Of a stretch of 28,908 nucleotides of DNA, positions 16,766-25,492 are shown piece by piece. Both the position numbers and the translations under genes were made by a program. Location of the stretch: NCBI GenBank assembly GCA_005191425.1, contig SUPR01000040.1, positions 1 through 28,908 on the forward strand, given 5' to 3'. Within the stretch, counting starts at the first letter, position 1. Each line of letters starts with the position of its first letter. The notes under the pieces are model-generated. The model had not been told where the DNA came from. It did not search any database and was given only the letters and a program-made list of their open reading frames with translations. This DNA is from Candidatus Helarchaeota ASGARD archaeon Hel_GB_B (GTDB lineage Archaea; Asgardarchaeota; Lokiarchaeia; Helarchaeales; HEL-GB-B).

Positions 16766-17767
16766 CTATAATGTCCATTTACCGCATCTATCGCCCCATC
16801 TGGCTATAATTGTCCCGTCATCTTGTTCTACATATGTAATTTCACATTGATTTGGGCAGTCGGTACAATTAAAAGCTTTTGGAGTGAATTTCATCTCACC
16901 CACATTAAAACCTTTAAATTTAGTTTTAATGTTATTTATCTCAATATATTCCCGAGCTAGCATTGCAGCGCCAATTGCGCCCATAGTGAGGAAATTCTTA
17001 TGTACTATAATTTTTTGTCCTAAATGTTTTTCAAATGCACGTCTGATTCCATCATTTGCAGCGACTCCTCCTTGAAATGTAATTGGGGGCAATAATTTTT
17101 TACCTTTACAAACATTATTTAAATAATTTCTTACCAAACTATTACATAGCCCCCAAATTATATCTTCTTTACTGTGGCCCATTTGTTGTTTATGAATCAT
17201 ATCGCTTTCAGCAAATACAGTACACCTACCAGCGATTACAACATCAGTTTTAGATCGTTTTGCATAATCGCCAAATTCTTCAATTGGAATTCCCAAACGG
17301 TGAGCTTGATGGTCTAAAAAAGACCCAGTTCCAGCTGCACAAATAGAATTCATTGCAAAATCAGTAATAATGCCATTTTCTAATAAAATCACTTTAGAGT
17401 CTTGACCACCAATTTCTAAAATTGTCCTGACACCAGGGACAAAATATGAGGCAGCAACTGCATGAGCAATTATTTCTGTCTTAGCAATATCGCCACCGAC
17501 TAAAGCTTTAGTAAGGTATCGAGCAGATCCAGTAGTTCCAACTGCACGTATTTGGGACTCATAATCTATGAAATCGTTCTGCATTTCTTTAAATCCATCT
17601 TGTACCGATTTGATAGGTGAGCCATGAGACCTGGCCCAAGTGCTATATATTAATTCCATATTGTCATTTATAATAGCAAATTTAGTCGATACACTACCTA
17701 CATCAATACCTAAATATAAATTATCATTTTTATCAATTTCAGCTTCTCTATTTTCTGCCATTACCAT
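16766..17767 (-). CDS. ATP-dependent CoA-enzyme activase (HgdC/BadG-type, BcrAD_BadFG family) with PlsA-type Cys-rich C-terminal extension
   Basis: YLGIDVGSVSTK, GTTGSAR, EIGGQDSK, MNSICAAGTGSFLD, AGRCTVFAESD and FQGGVAAN, plus the tail FNCTDCPNQC...WGDRC. Confidence 0.93.
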   Translation of the reverse strand: MVMAENREAEIDKNDNLYLGIDVGSVSTKFAIINDNMELIYSTWARSHGSPIKSVQDGFKEMQNDFIDYESQIRAVGTTGSARYLTKALVGGDIAKTEIIAHAVAASYFVPGVRTILEIGGQDSKVILLENGIITDFAMNSICAAGTGSFLDHQAHRLGIPIEEFGDYAKRSKTDVVIAGRCTVFAESDMIHKQQMGHSKEDIIWGLCNSLVRNYLNNVCKGKKLLPPITFQGGVAANDGIRRAFEKHLGQKIIVHKNFLTMGAIGAAMLAREYIEINNIKTKFKGFNVGEMKFTPKAFNCTDCPNQCEITYVEQDDGTIIARWGDRCGKWTL

Positions 17768-18875
17768 TGTTTTTTTTCTCCTTTTTATTTTTTAGAAGAT
17801 CAACATAACTTTCTAATCTTGTTATAAGTCCGGCTTCTCCAGAATGCTCATCAAAACCAAAAAATATTGGAGGGATATCAAAATATTTATTGCCGTACCA
17901 TTTTGTCAGAATAGACTTTGCAGTAATTTCTGGCATACATGTGAATGGATATATATGTACAAAGCCATCAAAACCTCTTTGTGCATAATCAATATATTCG
18001 CCCATAACCCAGAATGCTTCGCCACCAATATCCATCTGGAGACCGCCTATATTTTTTTGAGATTTATTTAAATATTCTAAATATTTTCGATGAAAATTAA
18101 CATGAAATTTATGTTTAATCCAATCATATAAACTAAGATTCATATGAACTTCACACCCCAATTCGCCCAATTTTCTTTTTATATCATGATTTACAAAAGG
18201 ATCAAGGGTTACTTGAATCTCACCACTTAAACCGACCTTTAAAATTTCATTATTATCCCGTTTATTAATTTCAATTTTATCAAATTCGTTTTTAATTCTT
18301 TTTCGGAGTTTATTTAATTCGTTAAAAGTATTTGCATCATCAATTAATTGAATACATTTATTGAGAGTGTGTGTAGTATCACCTTTATTGACCTCATAGC
18401 ACCTGATTTTTCCCTCTAATTTTTCCACGGTTTGAATTAATTGAGATTTCATTAGAAATAATCTAGCTGTACGAAAAATTCTAAAATAATTTAATAAAGA
18501 TTTGTCTTCAGATAATGCTTTTAATAATTTAATCCATTTAAAATCAAGTAAATCTCCTTGGGGTAAGTAATACATTTTAAAATCATAGCCTAGATCTCTT
18601 AAAATGCGTTCTTGGACGGCATAATAAAAGCCAAACCGACAAGGGCCACAATCAGTTGCCATAACTAGATTATCTACGCCCTCATCAAGGGCTTCAATAA
18701 AATTCGATAAAGTAACTTTGAAAGGAAAACAGACCCATTCTGGACTATGTTTTAGTCCTGCATCTAATTGTTTTACATTATTAGGATCAGGGAGGTAGAC
18801 TTCAGCACCAACTCCTGTGCATAGAACTTTAAAGGCAGGCCAGCAATTGCCCATATGAGGAAATGTAACCTTCAA
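17748..18875 (-). CDS. 2-hydroxyacyl-CoA dehydratase/reductase-like subunit (COG3581-type; PlsR-like reduction/dehydration domain)
   Basis: PEWVCFPFKVTL, TDCGPCRFGFY, PFTCMPE and FDEHSGEAGLITRLESYVD. TTG start with AGGTG 7 nt upstream; 4-bp overlap with the upstream gene. Confidence 0.88.
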   Translation of the reverse strand: MKVTFPHMGNCWPAFKVLCTGVGAEVYLPDPNNVKQLDAGLKHSPEWVCFPFKVTLSNFIEALDEGVDNLVMATDCGPCRFGFYYAVQERILRDLGYDFKMYYLPQGDLLDFKWIKLLKALSEDKSLLNYFRIFRTARLFLMKSQLIQTVEKLEGKIRCYEVNKGDTTHTLNKCIQLIDDANTFNELNKLRKRIKNEFDKIEINKRDNNEILKVGLSGEIQVTLDPFVNHDIKRKLGELGCEVHMNLSLYDWIKHKFHVNFHRKYLEYLNKSQKNIGGLQMDIGGEAFWVMGEYIDYAQRGFDGFVHIYPFTCMPEITAKSILTKWYGNKYFDIPPIFFGFDEHSGEAGLITRLESYVDLLKNKKEKKNNGNGRK

Positions 18876-19942
18876 AATTCAGCACCTACCTCTTTTTCTG
18901 ATTTATTTATTATTCCAATAGGCATAGTAGGTTTTTTATATATAATTCGGATATTGTTTTTCTTACGAACAATCATATCAACAAAAGCTTCGACTCGAGT
19001 AATTACACCAGCTTGACCGCTATGTTCGTCTAATACAAGCCCGATATAAGGGATTTTCAATTTTTTTGCATCGCGGGCCATGATCTCGTCAATTAACGAG
19101 TCGGGTCCACAACAAAATGAGCAAATAAAAATAATACCATCAATATCTTTTGTTTCAAATAGATAATTAACTGCGGATAATATCTCTTCCTCGTTTCCCC
19201 AATAATTCTCGAGTGTATTTGTAATAACAGTTTGATTCTTAAATATTTCAAGTGGTAAATTTTCAAGAGTTACAACATTGACCTTCATTTTATTAAGTTT
19301 ATTAATTAAGTTCATATTTATAAAAGAATCATGTACATTATAACCATGACCTATTATAGCAATTTTAGCGACATAATCGATTATTTTCTTTTTAGGTTTA
19401 AAATTTCTATTTTTGCTATTTAATACGTTTAAAGCTTTTTTAAAAGAAAGACCATCCACCATTAGTTGTCTGAAATATTTGTAGTCTTTAATAGCTTTTT
19501 CATATGCTTTTTTGATTTGCCAAGTTGATTTATGAAGTACTTTTCCTAACTTATAAGCCGATAAATACATAGGTCTTTTTTGCATATTGACTTCAAATTC
19601 GATTATTGGAGGTAAATTGTCGATGGTACCCCGTACCATATCGGGAAGGCCCAGAAATTTAGGACAAAAATAAGTGCCAATAGTTGTTGAAACATATCGT
19701 GGAACAAATAGATAGTCAATATTTTTTTCCAATAGATTCAATACATGTCCATAGTAAAGTTTTAAAGGTATACAGATTTCATCAATAGCATAGCGTCCAC
19801 CAATATCGATTATTTTGCTATTTGTTCTATCGCTGAGAACAATTTCAACCCCTAATTCTTCCAAAAATGTTTTCCAGAGAGGAAAATATTTATAATATAA
19901 TAAACTTCTTGGAATTCCAATTCTCTTTTTAATTACTATCAC
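18872..19942 (-). CDS. DUF2229-domain acyl-CoA dehydratase/activase-related subunit (COG3580-type)
   Basis: IGIPRSLLYYKYFPLWKTFLEELG, DEICIPLKLYYGH, YFCPKFLGLPD, SFCCGPDSL and LDEHSGQAGVITRVEAFVDM. Confidence 0.9.
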   Translation of the reverse strand: MIVIKKRIGIPRSLLYYKYFPLWKTFLEELGVEIVLSDRTNSKIIDIGGRYAIDEICIPLKLYYGHVLNLLEKNIDYLFVPRYVSTTIGTYFCPKFLGLPDMVRGTIDNLPPIIEFEVNMQKRPMYLSAYKLGKVLHKSTWQIKKAYEKAIKDYKYFRQLMVDGLSFKKALNVLNSKNRNFKPKKKIIDYVAKIAIIGHGYNVHDSFINMNLINKLNKMKVNVVTLENLPLEIFKNQTVITNTLENYWGNEEEILSAVNYLFETKDIDGIIFICSFCCGPDSLIDEIMARDAKKLKIPYIGLVLDEHSGQAGVITRVEAFVDMIVRKKNNIRIIYKKPTMPIGIINKSEKEVGAEF

Positions 19943-19953
19943 CTAAAATTAAT

Positions 19954-21426
19954 TCAGTCTGTGATCAATTTTGGTTTATCTCTAAAATCGTTAGTTAAAA
20001 TATCCTCTACGATTTTCTTGGAAGAATCATAGTAAAATTCTATGATATCATTAATGCGTCCAAGAACAAGGTTTAAGGGGATCAAAGGAATTTTTAAAAT
20101 ATTAGTAACTCTTGGAAATCTGACGGTCTCTATATTTAAGTCTTTAAGAGCTAATTCAATTCCTTCTAATATGGTAGAAGCAAATTCATCTGGAGTCTTA
20201 TTCTGTAGAGAATATTTAATATCGTCAGGGATAATACGATCAAAAATATTCAAAAAAGAATTTTTTAAGCGTATTTTTGATTCTATTGGATATGAATTCA
20301 TGTAGAGAAATGTAAACAATGAATAGTTTAATTGAAATGATGTCTTTAATATTTTGTTTTCGGCAATTTTTTTCAATAAATTGTTAGACCTTTCATTTAC
20401 AAAATGAATGATTATTAATCCAAGGCATTTAAGTAGGTCATTTTCTCGTCTATTGCTAAAAATCTCTAATTCTTCTTTTAGTTCGATTTCTCCATCGGTA
20501 TAAAGGTTAATCACGTCACGAAGTAGAGCTCCAATGAAACCAAGAGGGTCACGGACTATTTTTTTAACTTGATGTGATTCTAGTTTTTTGGGGAATGCTT
20601 TTTTCAGGAGTGAAATCCAATCGAAATCTACATGGACTATTTTTTTAATCCTTTCTTCTATTTTTAAGTAAATTTCATAATCTTTTTCAATGTTAGCATG
20701 AATTTCAGGTAGATTAAATACAGCAGATAAATCGGTAATATGATTACAAATTATATTGGGTCTTTCTGCGTTTAAAATTTCAGTAGAGATAAGGCCATTT
20801 GCTATTGCAATAGTATTAACATTAGCTTGCTTTGCAGCTAAAATATCAGTAAGTAGATCTCCAACGTAAATTACCTCTTTTGGGTCGTATTTTAGATCTC
20901 TAATTGCTTTTAAAATTGCTTCGGGACTTTTTGGTTTATCAATTTCGTCATTAGTTATGACAGATTTGAAATATATATCTAATTTAAATCTTTTTAGCAT
21001 TTCAATTATTTCGTCTTTTTTCTCACTAGTTAATAATGCAAGGTCAAATTTCTCGGCCAACATTGCAATTATTTGATCTGCACCACTAAAAAGTTGAGAA
21101 ACATTATTGTAACGTTTATAATTTATGTATAATTTTAGGATTAACTTTAGTTTGTCAATATAATGAAGCCCATCCATAAATTCAATTCCGTCTGATAAAG
21201 TATATGCATTTAATATAATATTTGGCATATCAGAAGAATCAATTCCCTCAATAATACTCAGTGCTTGTTCAACAGCATCATCAAGAGGATAGTTAATGTT
21301 ATATTCAGTCAGTACATCTTTAATTGCAGCTTTAATTGCAGCTGTATTATTATATAAAGTTCCATTCCAATCAAATACTATAGCTTTAGTATTTTCTAAT
21401 TTCATATTTTTTGCTAAAATTGCCAT
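19954..21426 (-). CDS. HAD-superfamily phosphatase (N-terminal ~235 aa) fused to an uncharacterised helical C-terminal domain
   Basis: Motif I VFDWNGTL (DxN variant), motif II LLTS, motif III KPKSP, motif IV YVGDLLTDILAA. AAGGTG RBS at 21435-21440. Confidence 0.88.
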   Translation of the reverse strand: MAILAKNMKLENTKAIVFDWNGTLYNNTAAIKAAIKDVLTEYNINYPLDDAVEQALSIIEGIDSSDMPNIILNAYTLSDGIEFMDGLHYIDKLKLILKLYINYKRYNNVSQLFSGADQIIAMLAEKFDLALLTSEKKDEIIEMLKRFKLDIYFKSVITNDEIDKPKSPEAILKAIRDLKYDPKEVIYVGDLLTDILAAKQANVNTIAIANGLISTEILNAERPNIICNHITDLSAVFNLPEIHANIEKDYEIYLKIEERIKKIVHVDFDWISLLKKAFPKKLESHQVKKIVRDPLGFIGALLRDVINLYTDGEIELKEELEIFSNRRENDLLKCLGLIIIHFVNERSNNLLKKIAENKILKTSFQLNYSLFTFLYMNSYPIESKIRLKNSFLNIFDRIIPDDIKYSLQNKTPDEFASTILEGIELALKDLNIETVRFPRVTNILKIPLIPLNLVLGRINDIIEFYYDSSKKIVEDILTNDFRDKPKLITD

Positions 21427-21478
21427 TTTATATTCACCTTAATTGTTTTTTCAAATATATTTATTTAAATTAATTACA

Positions 21479-22861
21479 TTATGAATTATCATCAATATTA
21501 TTATTGTAGAATATAGCTAATTTGCTTCCTTTATCACAAACATAGATCTGCGCGTTAGGGTCATTTTTAACCCAATTATCAATTACCTTTTGTGGGTCAT
21601 TTATAGAAATTAAATGGATTTGTTCCACGATTTCAGAATTTAGGCTTGATTTAATCCAGATTTTAACTTTTTTTAATAATTTTGCAAATTTAAATGCTTT
21701 ATGACTGTAAAGTACATATTTATTTTCAATTGTCTTTAATACTTTATCAAGAGGCTCAGATAATGCATTATAAAAAAATTCTTTTGCTTTTTCATTAGGG
21801 GCAATTCCATTTCCAACTCCGCAATTGGCTAGGAATAAAATTTCACCCCCATCTTTAACAGCATTTTTAGTTAATTCAAGAGCCCTTTGAGAATCATATA
21901 AACTTCCATCGAATGGATATCCACCAGCTGAGACAATTAAATAATCAGCTTTTTTATTAATAGTAAAAGCTGCTATTTCATCTACTTTTTTTAGCCCATT
22001 ACTGGTAACTATATCGAAATCACCAGCTTCAGCCCAAAAAATTGCATTTTTTAAAGTTATCATATTTAATGTATAAGTCTCGGCATTTTTCGTAATTAAT
22101 CGCATGGCTTCTAACATGTCTTCGGCTACAGGTTGACTCTTCCTTGACGGGTCAGGGTGCAATGGATGCCTTAAGAAAGTAGATTTGTCTTTTAATGCTA
22201 ATGAATGATTTTGTTCTACAGTATCGTATGCACAAATTCCTGGGAGAAAGTTTTTAATTGGGTTACTATATCCTGCAAAATAATGAGTTTTTAGATCAGA
22301 AATTGTAAAATAAACATCACAACCATGCGCTTTTTTATTGATAATTACATCAGTACCAAATGAAGTTTTCCCTAGGTTAATAAATTCGTGGTTAAAGCAA
22401 TCATGGATAATGATTTCATAATTTTCAATTCCATTATTATGAATAGAAGATTTTAAAGCCTCGGCAATTTCTTTATTTTCTTCAGTATAGGGGTTGTGAG
22501 AACCAGTAGTGATTATGAAACATAACTTTTTTGCTGGTTTTAGATATGGCATGGTAACTTTAACAACTATTTTTTGAGAAGAAGCTCTTGTACCGTCTTC
22601 TATCAAAATGCAGACTTTTTTATTATCGACCACATCGTCCAATTTTTTACCAATTGGATTTTCAAGTGCATTTATTAAAGCTCCTTCTATATCAGTATTA
22701 ATTTTATTTTTGCTTATTGGAGTAAAAAAACCTAGAAAATTTCTTTTTGGAATATTTAAATCTATTTTATCCTTACCATAACCAACTTCACAAGATATCA
22801 TATTCATTTTCTGCTGAATACTTTTATTACTATTATTAATTTCAGTCATTATTATTAACAT
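21479..22861 (-). CDS. larA: LarA-family nickel-pincer-dependent alpha-hydroxy-acid racemase/epimerase
   Basis: EDGTR, TGSH, LGKTSFGTDVIINK, THYFAGYSNPIK, EQNH, SAGGYPFD and HKAFK match the LarA motif order. The substrate cannot be inferred, and the start may be a downstream Met (e.g. 22849). Confidence 0.85.
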   Translation of the reverse strand: MLIIMTEINNSNKSIQQKMNMISCEVGYGKDKIDLNIPKRNFLGFFTPISKNKINTDIEGALINALENPIGKKLDDVVDNKKVCILIEDGTRASSQKIVVKVTMPYLKPAKKLCFIITTGSHNPYTEENKEIAEALKSSIHNNGIENYEIIIHDCFNHEFINLGKTSFGTDVIINKKAHGCDVYFTISDLKTHYFAGYSNPIKNFLPGICAYDTVEQNHSLALKDKSTFLRHPLHPDPSRKSQPVAEDMLEAMRLITKNAETYTLNMITLKNAIFWAEAGDFDIVTSNGLKKVDEIAAFTINKKADYLIVSAGGYPFDGSLYDSQRALELTKNAVKDGGEILFLANCGVGNGIAPNEKAKEFFYNALSEPLDKVLKTIENKYVLYSHKAFKFAKLLKKVKIWIKSSLNSEIVEQIHLISINDPQKVIDNWVKNDPNAQIYVCDKGSKLAIFYNNNIDDNS

Positions 22862-25492
22862 CTATAAATATCTATCAGTATAAGTTTTTGCTTTCAGTTC
22901 TTTGAGTTGTGAATAAATTTCCTCGGCTAATTTGTATCTGGCATCTCTTTTCATTCTTTTAATTGGAATTGGTCTTCCTATTTCAACATTAATTTGGACT
23001 GGTGGAAAAGGAGTTTCTGTACCACCAATATGCATCGGAATTATAACAGTAGGTTTTCCTTCAATTGCTAATTTTACAATTCCTGCAATAGTACGGACAA
23101 TTTTTTCGGGATTTTTTGTCTGTATAAAAGCGCCGACCATTTTTTTATTTTTGAGCTTCTGTTTCAATTCTAATAATGGTTCAAAATCTTCCTGAGACTC
23201 AGTTTTTCTAAAAAAACCTAATGACTTCAAAATGGTCGAAACAATGGGTGTTTTATAAGTCTTAGCATCAATCATAAAATGTACTTGCTCTGGAACTATA
23301 CAATTTCCAATTACAAAATCCAAATTACTTGTACTAACCCCTAAAAATATTATGCCAGTCTGTTTATCCGAGGGAATATTTTCCTTACCATATATTCGGA
23401 AATCATATATGTTATTTACTAGTAATTCACAGGTATTTTTGGCAATTTTATAGAAAAATTTATCAAATGTTTGAGTTATGTCATACTTTTCTCCTATAGA
23501 CCTAATTCGGTTCAAAAATTTGTCGATTGGACTTAACTTAACAAATTCTTTCTTTTCTATTTTATTAATACTTGTAATACCCAATTTATTAGTTAAATTG
23601 TTAATGACATTTTCAAAAGGTAATTTATAATCACTATCTTGTAGTTGTCTGGCTGGTAATCTTATTAATTGACCAAATAACTTTATTATCTTGTCAATTG
23701 GCGATTCTACATCACTCAATAATTCAGGATCTGTCTGATTTAAATCTTCTTCATGTAATTCTTTTATCTTTCTCATTAAATCTTTTGTTAACCCCTTTAA
23801 TAAATCACGAGTTAAAATAGCATCATAATACTCATCATAATAAATAGGCTCACCAATATTAAGTTGTAATTGAAATCCTTTAGGAGGTATCATTACTTTT
23901 AAAATACCTTTCTGCATAGCATCATAAGAACCATTAATAGCCATTGGAATAATTGGCATACGGGTTTCAATTGCCATCCTAATAACGCCTGTTTTACCCT
24001 CATTTATATCGATATCTTTAAATGTTGTTTGTTGTGGAAAAATAACAACTCTCCTTCCTTTCAAAACAAGTGCCTTGGCAATTTCTAATGCATGAGTATC
24101 GTGAGCACCTCTTGCAACTGGAAATCCCCCTGCAGAAAGTGTCCAGCTTGAAATTATAGACAATTCTGCAAGTTCTTTTTTCATCATGAACCAAGTTTTT
24201 GTAGTAATATCATGTAATTTTCCTGGAATCAAATAACCCCAATAATCAATCATTGGTTTTGGAACCAATTTTAACCCATAGAAAAAAATATCAAAAAACG
24301 ATTCATGATTAGAAGCTATAATTGCTCCTTTAAATTGGTCTAAATTCTCTTTACCTTTTACTTTAAAATCAAAAGTTAATGGATTTACTAAGAAATTAGC
24401 ACTTAACCTAATAAAAAAATGACTAAAAGCATCCAAATAGTCTCCTATAACAGGAATTCTCGATGTATATTTGACATATTTTCTGTACAACATATCAAAA
24501 GGATTTTTTGGCTTTTTTTCTAAGGTTTCAAATTTATTAACGACAATTTCATTTATTGGTTTTTTTAACGATTCATTAAACCGTTTTTCTTTAATTTCGT
24601 GGATTTTACGCCTGCTATTCTCTTTTAATTGTTCGATTCTGGCCATTAAATCGCCAATTAAGCGGCGTAAATCTTCGTAACTTAATTCTTTATCATAATA
24701 ATCCTCATAATAAATAGGTTCTCCCATACTACAATACCAAATACCCTTTTTACTCGGAATAAAACTTCCACCAGTTAATTCATATAGTCCACTATGCCCA
24801 ATTGGGACTATTGGAACTTTATTTTCTATAGCAAGTCTAATAACGCCTGATTTTGCCTTCTGTTGTTTTTCAATATTGCGTGTCCCTTCAGGATATATTA
24901 AGATATTAGAACCTCTTTTTAAGAATGTCGACCCGATTTCCATAGACCGTCTCGCTTTACTACTAATCTCCCGTTCGACAGGAAATGCAGTTGAGCTAAA
25001 AATAGTCCCAAGTAATGGATAATTAAATAATTGGTATTTAGCATAAAAAATAGGGACATTCTTTTTATTTACTATACCTTTAAAATTATATCTTTTTAGA
25101 AAAACAAATGGATAATTTAAATCTCGTAATTCACAACATGCTCTTGCTAAATATAGGTGTTCTGCTTCCGTTTCATGATTAGCCGCAAAAATTACTGGTT
25201 TCGTTTTAAATATATTTTCTCTCCCTTCATATATCGTTTCTACCTTTCTATCAAATATTTTCAATATAGTCTCAAGAATCGAAAGAGATATAAAATCGAT
25301 TGCGGTATCAAATACAGGAATTTTACTTTCATAAGCTTTACGTTTAATCCATCGAATAGCTTTATCGACTATATTATTTGAAATACCCTCAATTTGTTCT
25401 AATTCGTCTAAAATTATATTGGAATTATGTTTATAATTAATATCACCGTCATCTGCAAAAAATTCTTCAATTGCGGTCAACTTTTTAAACAC
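22862..25492 (-). CDS. plsC: Glycerolipid (PlsC/LPLAT-family) acyltransferase with three tandem acyltransferase domains, 876 aa
   Basis: Three repeats of the fold. D1: FAANHETEAE / FPVER / IYPEGTR / SGVIRLA / PIVPIG. D2: IASNHESFFD / FPVAR / IFPQQT / TGVIRMA / PIIPMA. D3: GVSTSNLD / GFFRK / AFIQT / AGIVKLA / IIPMHI. Start is GTG 25492 or TTG 25480. Confidence 0.9.
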   Translation of the reverse strand: MFKKLTAIEEFFADDGDINYKHNSNIILDELEQIEGISNNIVDKAIRWIKRKAYESKIPVFDTAIDFISLSILETILKIFDRKVETIYEGRENIFKTKPVIFAANHETEAEHLYLARACCELRDLNYPFVFLKRYNFKGIVNKKNVPIFYAKYQLFNYPLLGTIFSSTAFPVEREISSKARRSMEIGSTFLKRGSNILIYPEGTRNIEKQQKAKSGVIRLAIENKVPIVPIGHSGLYELTGGSFIPSKKGIWYCSMGEPIYYEDYYDKELSYEDLRRLIGDLMARIEQLKENSRRKIHEIKEKRFNESLKKPINEIVVNKFETLEKKPKNPFDMLYRKYVKYTSRIPVIGDYLDAFSHFFIRLSANFLVNPLTFDFKVKGKENLDQFKGAIIASNHESFFDIFFYGLKLVPKPMIDYWGYLIPGKLHDITTKTWFMMKKELAELSIISSWTLSAGGFPVARGAHDTHALEIAKALVLKGRRVVIFPQQTTFKDIDINEGKTGVIRMAIETRMPIIPMAINGSYDAMQKGILKVMIPPKGFQLQLNIGEPIYYDEYYDAILTRDLLKGLTKDLMRKIKELHEEDLNQTDPELLSDVESPIDKIIKLFGQLIRLPARQLQDSDYKLPFENVINNLTNKLGITSINKIEKKEFVKLSPIDKFLNRIRSIGEKYDITQTFDKFFYKIAKNTCELLVNNIYDFRIYGKENIPSDKQTGIIFLGVSTSNLDFVIGNCIVPEQVHFMIDAKTYKTPIVSTILKSLGFFRKTESQEDFEPLLELKQKLKNKKMVGAFIQTKNPEKIVRTIAGIVKLAIEGKPTVIIPMHIGGTETPFPPVQINVEIGRPIPIKRMKRDARYKLAEEIYSQLKELKAKTYTDRYL

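Noticed and set aside
1103-25381. Short track ORFs antisense to longer genes (e.g. 1103-1396, 2482-2736, 4700-4948, 5427-5630, 6825-7022, 7111-7551, 8164-8613, 8890-9156, 10064-10366, 13602-13868, 13896-14135, 14840-15061, 15491-15676, 16531-16749, 16884-17075, 17844-18071, 20042-20305, 22932-23195, 24471-24680, 25157-25381)
   Set aside because: They are shadow frames of motif-supported genes, rich in S/F/L/I, with no motifs or RBS of their own.
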